A stretch of 32,000 nucleotides of DNA from an uncultured Chloroflexia bacterium. Lineage in GTDB: Bacteria; Chloroflexota; Ktedonobacteria; Ktedonobacterales; JADMIN01. Below are positions 24,592-31,713 of the stretch, one piece after another. Under the pieces are notes generated by a model that saw nothing but the letters and a program-made list of their open reading frames with translations, had not been told where the DNA came from and ran no database searches. A program made the translations under genes and the position numbers. Each line of letters opens with the position of its first letter. Position 1 is the first letter of the stretch. The DNA lies in NCBI GenBank assembly GCA_963718915.1, contig CAVRAI010000003.1:450001-482000 (forward strand), given 5' to 3'.

Positions 24592-25173
24592 GTGGGCAGC
24601 TCGTTGACTCCCGACGGCAGGGGCGATATCGCCTGGGCATTGCGTACCTCACTCGCGCAGGTCACGCGGGATGATCTGGGGTCGCCAGCCCTGCGAGACT
24701 CCTGGCAACGCGCCTCGGACTGGCTCTGTAGCCTGGGGAGCACGAACGGCAACGCCGCGCCCGCCGATCCGACGCCGTTCCCGCTAACGGGCCGCGAGTT
24801 GCGCGAGTTACAGGAAGCGATTGATCGCATCGTCGCCGCCCGGCTGAAAGCCAGCGCGCCCAGACGCCCCTCCCGCCTCGAACGCCTCTACGCGCGCTCC
24901 TTCCGCCATCCGCTGCTCTCCAACGCCACCCGGCTCCGGCTGACCTTCTCCGCCGCGCATCGCTCCTCGCTCGTGCTCGCGGGCATCCTGGCGCTCTCGC
25001 TACTGCTCAACATCCTCGACCTGACGCTGATCGCCGAAGCGCCGAAGCTGCTGCTCTTTGGCGCCAACCTCGCCGTCACCCTCACCGCTGTCGGCGTCTG
25101 GTCCGTGCTGCATGCGCGCTTGCGCCGCCACGGCTGGTCGCTGCCCCACCGCCAGGTTCACCTGCGCGGCTGA
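24592..25173 (+). CDS. Hypothetical protein with two C-terminal TM helices
   Basis: The GTG at 24592 is preceded by AGGAAGGGA. C-terminus ..SLVLAGILALSLLLNILDL..LLLFGANLAVTLTAVGVWSVLHA... No family recognised. Confidence 0.4.
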   Translation: MGSSLTPDGRGDIAWALRTSLAQVTRDDLGSPALRDSWQRASDWLCSLGSTNGNAAPADPTPFPLTGRELRELQEAIDRIVAARLKASAPRRPSRLERLYARSFRHPLLSNATRLRLTFSAAHRSSLVLAGILALSLLLNILDLTLIAEAPKLLLFGANLAVTLTAVGVWSVLHARLRRHGWSLPHRQVHLRG

Positions 25174-25295
25174 ATGGGTAAGCGGGCACTACTTCCCATC
25201 GCGACATATTCTCTGCTATACTGGTTGCGGTAGCGAGCAACTGGCAATGTGCCCAATCGCGCTCACCTCGCCCCACGGTCAGGAGTTATCCATCT

Positions 25296-26864
25296 ATGCC
25301 CGGCCCCCTCGACGATCTGGAAACGCGGCTCTGGGATGCCGCCGACACTATGCGCGCCAACTCTGGCCTGCGCTCGTCCGAATATTCCACACCTGTCCTC
25401 GGCCTGATCTTCCTCCGTTTCGCCGACGTCAAGTTTGGCCACGCTGACCAGCAGCTACGCGCTGAGCTCCCCGCCAACAGCCGCCGCACCATCGGCCCCG
25501 CTGATTACCAGGCGCGCGGTGTGATGTATCTGCCCGATGCCGCCCGCTACTCCCGGCTGATGCGGCTTCCCGAAGGCGCCGACATCGGCACGGCGCTCAA
25601 CGAGGCGATGCGCGCTATCGAGGCGGAGAACCCCGACCTGCGCGACACGCTGCCCAAAACCTATAACCAGCCCGGCCTGACACGCGATGTCCTCTGGTCG
25701 CTCCTGGGCACGTTCGCCAACATCCCGCTCGACATCGAGGGCGATATCTTCGGCAAGATTTACGAATACTTCCTGGGCGAGTTCGCCAAAAACGAAGGCT
25801 CCAAGGGCGGCGAGTTCTTTACCCCCACCGCTCTCGTCAAGCTGATCGTCGCGATTCTGCAGCCGTTCCACGGACGCATCCTCGACCCTGCCTGTGGCTC
25901 CGGCGGCATGTTCGTTCAGAGCGCGCGTTTCGTCCAGAACCACCGCCACGACCCCAACGCCGAAATCTCGCTCTATGGCCAGGAGAAGACGCGCGAGACG
26001 GTCCGCCTCTGCAAGATGAATCTGGCGGTCCACGGTCTCTCCGGCGATATCCGCGAGGCCAATACCTACTACGAGCAGGTTGCCGATGGGAATGGCGTCG
26101 GCCACTTCGACTTCGTGATGGCGAATCCGCCGTTCAATGTGGATGGCGTGGATAAATCGCGGCTGGCTGGCGATCCGCGCTACGCCTTCGGCCTGCCTCG
26201 GGTGGACAACGCGAACTATCTCTGGATTCAGGAGTTCTATAGCTCGCTCAACGACCAGGGCCGCGCCGGTTTCGTGATGGCGAACTCCGCCAGCGACGCC
26301 CGCAACTCTGAGCAGGACATCCGCCGCCAGTTGATCCAGTCCCACGCCGTGGATGTGATGGTCTCTGTTGGCCCCAACTTCTTCTACACCGTCACGCTGC
26401 CTTGCACGCTCTGGTTCTTCGACAAGGGCAAGCGCGAGACGCCCCGCGCCGAGACCGTCCTCTTCCTCGACGCCCGCCACATCTTCACGCAGGTTGACCG
26501 CGCCCATCGCGAGTTCACGTCCCAGCAGATCGAATATCTCGCCAACATTGTCCGGCTCTATCGCGCCGAGCCAACGGAGAACGCGCACGAGAGCGCCGCG
26601 CTATTGGCCGAGCACTTCGCCGATGGCGTCTATCGCGATGTGGCGGGACTCTGCAAGGTGGCGACGATCACTGAGATCGAGGCGCAGGGCTGGAGCCTGA
26701 ACCCTGGCCGCTATGTTGGCGTGGCCGAGCGCGCCGATGACGACGGCGATTTCCGCGAACGGCTGGAGCTGCTGTATGAAGAATACGAGACGCTGACCAA
26801 CGCGGCGCACGAGCTGGAAGACCGCATCAGCGCGAATGTCACTGCCCTGCTGGAGGCGGAGTGA
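25296..26864 (+). CDS. hsdM: Type I restriction-modification system DNA methyltransferase subunit M (N6-adenine)
   Basis: N-terminal HsdM domain (..[33 protein letters not shown]..), AdoMet motif ..[12 protein letters not shown].., and catalytic motif ..FVMANPPFN... AGGAG SD. G+C is similar to the core genome. Confidence 0.95.
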   Translation: MPGPLDDLETRLWDAADTMRANSGLRSSEYSTPVLGLIFLRFADVKFGHADQQLRAELPANSRRTIGPADYQARGVMYLPDAARYSRLMRLPEGADIGTALNEAMRAIEAENPDLRDTLPKTYNQPGLTRDVLWSLLGTFANIPLDIEGDIFGKIYEYFLGEFAKNEGSKGGEFFTPTALVKLIVAILQPFHGRILDPACGSGGMFVQSARFVQNHRHDPNAEISLYGQEKTRETVRLCKMNLAVHGLSGDIREANTYYEQVADGNGVGHFDFVMANPPFNVDGVDKSRLAGDPRYAFGLPRVDNANYLWIQEFYSSLNDQGRAGFVMANSASDARNSEQDIRRQLIQSHAVDVMVSVGPNFFYTVTLPCTLWFFDKGKRETPRAETVLFLDARHIFTQVDRAHREFTSQQIEYLANIVRLYRAEPTENAHESAALLAEHFADGVYRDVAGLCKVATITEIEAQGWSLNPGRYVGVAERADDDGDFRERLELLYEEYETLTNAAHELEDRISANVTALLEAE

Positions 26865-26866
26865 TG
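26844..26866 (+). repeat. Direct repeat, copy 1: hsdM 3' end plus TGATG junction (GCCCTGCTGGAGGCGGAGTGATG)
   Basis: 22 of 23 positions are identical to 28546-28568. Together the two copies bracket the XRE-ImmA/MazF cassette. Confidence 0.9.
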
Positions 26867-26872
26867 CACAGG

Positions 26873-26962
26873 TTATCCACAGAATCGTTGACTAATTGTG
26901 GATAAAATCGTACAATGTCAACGTTGACACGAGGGGAGAGAAATATAGATCTGTCAACGTTA
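26873..26962 (+). promoter_or_regulatory. Cassette promoter (TTGACT-17 nt-TACAAT) with palindromic operators
   Basis: -35 TTGACT at 26888-26893, a 17-nt spacer, and -10 TACAAT at 26911-26916. A perfect 14-bp palindrome, TGTCAACGTTGACA, lies at 26916-26929 and overlaps the -10/+1 region. A half-site, TGTCAACGTTA, lies at 26952-26962 next to the SD. A 9-bp inverted repeat, TTATCCACA (26873-26881) / TGTGGATAA (26897-26905), brackets the -35. Confidence 0.65.
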
Positions 26963-26973
26963 GGAGACACACC

Positions 26974-28218
26974 ATGATCGGCAGCCAGCTACGACAAGCC
27001 AGACTCGCAGCGGGATTGACACAAGATGAGGTCGTCGAACGCCTCGCCCAGATTGGCTGTGTCATCACCAAGCAGGGGTTGTCGAAATACGAGCTTGGCA
27101 AGAGCATCCCGAAAGCGGCCTTTGTGCTCAAGGCGGCGCAGGCGCTAGGGGTGAAGTCGTCATACCTCCTACATGAGCCTACCATCGAAATTGAGTGGCT
27201 CGCATTCCGTAAGCAGGTGACTCTCACAGAGCGGCGGCAAGATCAGATCAAGGTACAGGTACAGTCCATCGCCGAAGCCCATGTCGAACTGAGGCGGATG
27301 CTGACTCCCAGCGAGCAAATTTTCTTCCCCACGCGGCGTGTAGTCACGTCTCCAGAAGATGCTGAGGTCGCTGCTGATGAACTGCGCCGTCTATGGGGGC
27401 TAGGAAATGACCCCATCGAAAGTGTTGTGCAAGTTGCCGAGGATCGCGGAGCCATCGTCGTGGAGCAAGCAGAACCCGGCGTGACGTTCGACGGCCTTTC
27501 TGGCTACGCCACAGGATTCATACCCATTGCGGTCATCAACAGTACGGTTCCTCGCGACAGGAAGCGCTTTGACCTGGCCCATGAGCTTGGCCATCTTGTC
27601 ATGGATACTGACGGGTTGCCAGATGCTGAGGCCGAGCGGCGGGCGCATCGGTTCGCGGGAGCCTTCCTCGTCCCGGCTGAAACGGCGCGTCGCGAGCTAG
27701 GCGTAAGGCGACACGAGCTGGGCCTCGATGAGTTGAGCCTGCTGAAATTGAAGCATGGGCTCAGCATGCAGGCGTGGATTTACCGCGCCTTTGACCTCGA
27801 CATCATCACCAAAGCGCTCTGCTCGCGTCTGTTCGCCAAACTCAACGCGATGGGGGCGCGTAAGCAAGAGCCTGTGCAGTTCGATGGAACCGAGGAACCA
27901 GTACGTCTGAAACAGATGACGCTACGTGCCCTGAGCGAGCGGCTCATCACTGAGGACAAAGCGCTCGAACTTTGCCCTGGCTGCGTCACACCCACGCCGC
28001 CGACGCCCGCACTGGCGGGGCGCATGACCGCACGTGAGCTCATGAAGCTGCCACTTGAGGAGCGCAACCGCATCCTGGCCCAGTCGGCAGCGCTCGCAAG
28101 GGACGTCTACGCCACCAATAAGGACTTGACGGACTTTGAGGCGTTTGGGGATGGTGATCTGTTTGACGAGTACCCGGAGGATGAGCATGTCCGCAGTCGT
28201 AGACCCCGCGCGCGGTGA
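26974..28218 (+). CDS. XRE-family HTH fused to an ImmA/IrrE (COG2856) zinc metallopeptidase, with an acidic antitoxin-like C-terminal tail
   Basis: N-terminus MIGSQLRQARLAAGLTQDEVVERL..QGLSKYELGK is an XRE HTH. HEXXH motif ..FDLAHELGHLVMD.. followed by ..RRAHRFAGAFLVP... C-terminus ..MTARELMKLPLEERNRILAQSAALARDVYATNKDLTDFEAFGDGDLFDEYPEDE. GGAGA SD before the ATG at 26974. Confidence 0.9.
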   Translation: MIGSQLRQARLAAGLTQDEVVERLAQIGCVITKQGLSKYELGKSIPKAAFVLKAAQALGVKSSYLLHEPTIEIEWLAFRKQVTLTERRQDQIKVQVQSIAEAHVELRRMLTPSEQIFFPTRRVVTSPEDAEVAADELRRLWGLGNDPIESVVQVAEDRGAIVVEQAEPGVTFDGLSGYATGFIPIAVINSTVPRDRKRFDLAHELGHLVMDTDGLPDAEAERRAHRFAGAFLVPAETARRELGVRRHELGLDELSLLKLKHGLSMQAWIYRAFDLDIITKALCSRLFAKLNAMGARKQEPVQFDGTEEPVRLKQMTLRALSERLITEDKALELCPGCVTPTPPTPALAGRMTARELMKLPLEERNRILAQSAALARDVYATNKDLTDFEAFGDGDLFDEYPEDEHVRSRRPRAR

Positions 28219-28543
28219 GGTTTGGCGGGTGGAGTTCGACCCCACTGTGGGGCAGGAAATGTTTAAAACCCGTCCCGCAGTGGTGGTGAACGTGGCTGAC
28301 GTGGGCATATACGACTTGTGCATCGTTGTTCCACTGACTGAATGGGATCCACGCTACGAAGACATGATTTGGATGACGCCCATTCCGTCCAACACAGCGA
28401 ATGGATTGAGCAAAGACTCTGGCGCGGATGCGTTTCAGGTGAAGTCGGTTTCGCATCTGCGGTTTCGCGCTAAGCTCGGCGTGCTGACTGACGAGCAAGT
28501 AGAGAACATTGCCGCCGCAATTGCGCTATGCGTCGGCTATTAG
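28187..28543 (+). CDS. mazF: PemK/MazF family type II toxin (mRNA interferase)
   Basis: MSAVVDPARGEVWRVEFDPTVGQEMFKTRPAVVVN..CIVVPLTEW..SGADAFQVKSVSHLRF.. is the canonical MazF/PemK pattern. GGAGG SD with a 6-nt spacer. Overlaps the upstream gene by 32 nt. Confidence 0.9.
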   Translation: MSAVVDPARGEVWRVEFDPTVGQEMFKTRPAVVVNVADVGIYDLCIVVPLTEWDPRYEDMIWMTPIPSNTANGLSKDSGADAFQVKSVSHLRFRAKLGVLTDEQVENIAAAIALCVGY

Positions 28544-28545
28544 TC

Positions 28546-28568
28546 GCCCTGCTGGAGGCGGAATGATG
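28546..28568 (+). repeat. Direct repeat, copy 2 (GCCCTGCTGGAGGCGGAATGATG)
   Basis: Begins 2 nt after the mazF stop. Its terminal ATG opens the hsdS remnant. Confidence 0.9.
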
Positions 28569-29816
28569 GCAATGGTATCAACGCAAGTAGCGTGGCGATC
28601 TTGTTCTCTTGGCGAACGTGATAATGCTGCATCATCGAGGGATATCCGATCTTCCACGCAAAATGGGCGTGAACGCTCGCTCAGGACGGCGTGAACCCAT
28701 TATCTCCGGTCGTCTAGGCGTAACTGGACGCCGACGATATTACCCACCGTAAAAGGAGACATGGTGCTCGTCACTGAAGCCGCTATGGCACCTTGGAGTG
28801 AAGTGTCTTACATTGAAGAGGATTACTGGCCGCTCAACACAACGCTATTCGTCGAGTGAATTCAAGGGCATTGATCCGCGCTACTATCATGCTATTTTCT
28901 GCGCACGCTTAACTTTGGAAATGCAGAATGCGAGCTGGCGCTCGTTCCGGTGCTACTGTGACACAGCAAACCATCTACACCTGCTACCAGCTGCCATACT
29001 TCCGCCGCTGCCCATCCAGCGCAAGATCGCCGCCATCCTCTCCGCCTACGACGACCTGATCGAGAACAACACCCGCCGCATCGCCCTCCTCGAAGCCATG
29101 GCCCAGGCGCTCTACCGCGAGTGGTTCGTCCGCTTCCGCTTCCCCGGCCACCAGTCCGTGCCAATGGTAGACTCGCCGCTCGGGCCGATCCCGCAGGGCT
29201 GGCAGGTGGTGAAGCTGGGCAGCCTAGTGGAGACTCAATATGGGTATACCGAGTCGGCAACTACCAACGACATAGGGCCGAAATTCCTTCGGGGAATGGA
29301 CATCAATAAGTCCTCCTATATCCAATGGGATACAGTGCCATACTGCTCCATACCCGATTATTTGGTTGGCCGTTACCGCCTCTCTATAGGTGATGTTGTG
29401 GTGATTCGCATGGCCGATCCTGGAAAAGTTGGGATCTGTAGCGAAAGACGTTAATGCCAATTTTTGCGTCCTATCTTATTCGCCTTCATATCACATCGTC
29501 CCGCATTTCACCTTATTACCTGTTCTACTTTCTCCTCTCAGATCGCTATCAAAGCTATGTCACGGGCGCCAGCACAGGAACCACGCGCAAGAGCGCGAGC
29601 GCAGGAGTCATCACCGACATCGAAACAGCCGTCCCACCAGCAGATATTCTTGCTCAGTTTGAAGAGCAAATCGCGGCCCTTCGAGCAACACTTAGCAATC
29701 TACTCGAACAAAACGCCAACCTCCGCCGCACGCGCGATCTGCTGCTGCCGAAGCTCGTGTCGGGCGCGGTCGATGTGGCCGGGATGGAGATAGCGGCAGG
29801 GGAGGATAACAATTGA
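28566..29816 (+). pseudogene. hsdS: Type I R-M specificity subunit S, multiply frameshifted
   Basis: HsdS-like pieces are spread over all three frames: MAMVSTQVAWRSCSLGE.. (frame a); ..EPIISGRLGVTG.. (a+1); ..[11 protein letters not shown] (a); ..[77 protein letters not shown] (a+1); VAKDVNANF (a+2); ASYLIRLHI..PPADILAQFEEQIAALRATL..RRTRDLLLPKLVSG..* (frame a again). Stops at 28692, 28750, 28856 and 29452 interrupt them. Confidence 0.8.
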
Positions 29817-30673
29817 TGGACCCAATAAGTGACATCATCATTGCCGCTGCTGTGGGTGCAGTAACTACTCAGACAGTAGGCGGGATCGCGGCATTGGTGA
29901 AGAGCATTGTACCTGGACTCTGGGAGCATCTAAGCCCCAAAGGCAAAAAACAGTTAGAGACAAACCTTACCAACTTCATGAACCACTTTAAGTCCGAAGT
30001 TCAACATCGCACTGAGGCAGGGCAACTTTCTGAGGAGCAGATTCATGCATTGGAAGACGACCCTGCTGTTATCGACCTGCTCCTACGAACTCTTGAACAA
30101 GCAGCCTTGACGAGCGATGCAGACAAACAGACACTGCTCGCTAAGCTTTTGGCAGAGAGACTTGGCACTGATACAGACTCTGAGCTTGCTCTCGTAAGTC
30201 GTATGGCATGCAATACCATCCCTAACCTAAGTGGCCAGCAGCTCAAGATCATAGCGGTGCGCTATATCCTATTCTTTCAGCGATACAACGAGACCATCGA
30301 GAGTCAGAGTGACGATGTTTCCACACGTCGCCTACGTGAAGTTGAGTGGCTCATCAGCATGTTCGAGCCATACCAGGATATAATAGCAAGCACACACGAT
30401 GCCGAGCATCTTGCAGGTGTTGGATGTTTCTTTGGGAAACAAGGATTTCTTGCGTACGAACTCAAGTCTACCCTAACACAGATGGTATCCCCTGATCTCG
30501 ATCTAGATATGGTAATGAAAACGGCAACCTGGCAGCATCTTGAAACAGTATGGAACAACGCCAGACTGGCAGGTTTCGATCTTACGTCGGTGGGCTCGAT
30601 GCTAGGAATGTACACATCCGATATCTTGGCAAATCGCCCGAACGATGTAGACAAATGGTTGAACCGTAGCTAA
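29816..30673 (+). CDS. Uncharacterised protein, LPO_1073/Vpar_1526-like (Abi-alpha/DUF4393-related?), first gene of the embedded cassette
   Basis: 285 aa. The ATG overlaps the hsdS stop (TGATG), with GGAGGA 9 nt upstream. Hydrophobic N-terminus (IIIAAAVGAVTTQTVGGIAALV). ..DDPAVIDLLLRTLEQAALTSDADKQTLLAKLLAERL..LSGQQLKIIAVRYILFF..HLAGVGCFFGKQG..FDLTSVGSMLG... Family assignment is from memory and unverified. G+C is visibly lower, at 42-57% in spot counts. Confidence 0.7.
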   Translation: MDPISDIIIAAAVGAVTTQTVGGIAALVKSIVPGLWEHLSPKGKKQLETNLTNFMNHFKSEVQHRTEAGQLSEEQIHALEDDPAVIDLLLRTLEQAALTSDADKQTLLAKLLAERLGTDTDSELALVSRMACNTIPNLSGQQLKIIAVRYILFFQRYNETIESQSDDVSTRRLREVEWLISMFEPYQDIIASTHDAEHLAGVGCFFGKQGFLAYELKSTLTQMVSPDLDLDMVMKTATWQHLETVWNNARLAGFDLTSVGSMLGMYTSDILANRPNDVDKWLNRS

Positions 30674-30690
30674 GCGTTAAGGAGCAACTA

Positions 30691-31524
30691 ATGCAACCAG
30701 GATGGGATATAACGTCTGAATGGCTGGAATGTCCGGTGTGTCATCACATCATTCTTCGTTCACAGGAACTCAGCAAAACAAGTACTCCATGCCCTGAATG
30801 CGGGAAACCTGGCACCAGGAGTCTATATCCCGACTCGCCCGAAGCCGACTTCATCCACATGGCCGCGTACTTCTTTGGGCAAGGAGAGAAACGCAGAATC
30901 GCGAATCAGGCTGAGCGGCTAGAGGAGGCGCTCCTTGAAATTGGGAAGCAGTACGACCCTGAGTACCTCGAAGAGCTCGCAACAGAGTTGGCCCAAAGAT
31001 TTAACGGCTCAGCGGACCCAGTAATTGACGCACAAATGCTTCAATGTTCGCTCGATTACCTCATGAGTATCCTCGATATTTCGATGGATCAAGCGATACG
31101 CGTGTGGCATCCACTGATGGGTTCCACAAAGGGCACTTTTGAGGAGCACAAAGCCACTGTCCTCATGGCATGCAGCGCATTTGAGAGCATGTTTCTCAGC
31201 CTGCTAATACATGTAGGTATCTGGCGTGGTGGTCTGGAACCCCAAAAGGCGAAACGCATAGTTGAGCAGTTAGGAGTACCAGGGCGGACTTATAGCCAGT
31301 TTGAAAAGTGGGCTAATTGCTCCATTGATGATAAGGCAGAACAGATTGGATACTCAGCTTTCTGGGAGAATTGGCGCAAGATTAGGGCCGTTCGTAACAA
31401 ATTCATGCACGGGAAAGATGATCCAATCAAAAGGAGTACCGCCATTGATGCTTTTAAGTTACTACCGCAACTCGTCGCATTCTTTGTAACTCTAAACAAC
31501 CACTTTGCCCCAAAGGCACCCTAA
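30691..31524 (+). CDS. Zinc-ribbon protein with a C-terminal HEPN-like (R-x4-H) domain, predicted RNase effector; second gene of the cassette
   Basis: 277 aa. AAGGAG SD with a 7-nt spacer. N-terminal CPVC-x16-CPEC. Helical C-terminal region ending ..FWENWRKIRAVRNKFMHGKDDPIKRSTAIDAFKLLPQLVAFF.., where RNKFMH matches the HEPN Rx4-6H signature. Low G+C. Confidence 0.7.
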   Translation: MQPGWDITSEWLECPVCHHIILRSQELSKTSTPCPECGKPGTRSLYPDSPEADFIHMAAYFFGQGEKRRIANQAERLEEALLEIGKQYDPEYLEELATELAQRFNGSADPVIDAQMLQCSLDYLMSILDISMDQAIRVWHPLMGSTKGTFEEHKATVLMACSAFESMFLSLLIHVGIWRGGLEPQKAKRIVEQLGVPGRTYSQFEKWANCSIDDKAEQIGYSAFWENWRKIRAVRNKFMHGKDDPIKRSTAIDAFKLLPQLVAFFVTLNNHFAPKAP

Positions 31525-31544
31525 CTGGGGACGGAGACACACTC

Positions 31545-31631
31545 ATGCATAACTACACCGAAGGCGCCCTCGTCGAGCAGCCCGCCATCGCCCTGCTCAA
31601 ACAACTCGGCTGGCAGCATCTCAACTGCTGA
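31545..31631 (+). pseudogene. hsdR: Type I R-M restriction subunit R, N-terminal 28-codon remnant
   Basis: MHNYTEGALVEQPAIALLKQLGWQHLNC* matches the typical HsdR N-terminus (..E..lvEqPai.lL..LGW..). GGAGA SD is retained. The reading frame ends where the sequence switches to an hsdS 3' end. Confidence 0.6.
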
Positions 31632-31699
31632 CGAAGCTCGTATCGGGCGAGGCCGATGTCGCGGCGCTGGAGATAGCGGAGCGGGAAGATGCGATATGA
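31625..31699 (+). pseudogene. hsdS: Second hsdS 3'-terminal fragment (25 codons) fused to the hsdR stub
   Basis: LLTKLVSGEADVAALEIAEREDAI* compared with the hsdS end LLPKLVSGAVDVAGMEIAAGEDNN* (29742-29816). The nucleotide alignment is colinear over about 75 nt, with roughly four-fifths of positions identical by eye. Confidence 0.6.
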
Positions 31700-31713
31700 T
31701 GAGGAGAACAACC

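Noticed and set aside
25455-26588. 377-aa minus-strand ORF antisense to hsdM. The same issue applies to 22016-22897 (+) opposite the IS982 transposase, 1596-2537 (+) opposite the CN-hydrolase, and 13379-14071 (-) opposite DUF929.
   Set aside because: All are antisense shadow ORFs opposite genes with strong family motifs. Their composition is dominated by R/A/G/P/D, as expected from reverse-frame GC3-rich codons.
26844-28568. The 23-bp flanking direct repeats interpreted as the target-site duplication of a transposon
   Set aside because: There are no terminal inverted repeats and no transposase or integrase within the 1.7-kb insert, and 23 bp is unusually long for a target-site duplication. 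The repeat equals a functional gene junction, so recombination between R-M loci is the more economical reading. It is kept as a finding, not as a mobile-element call.
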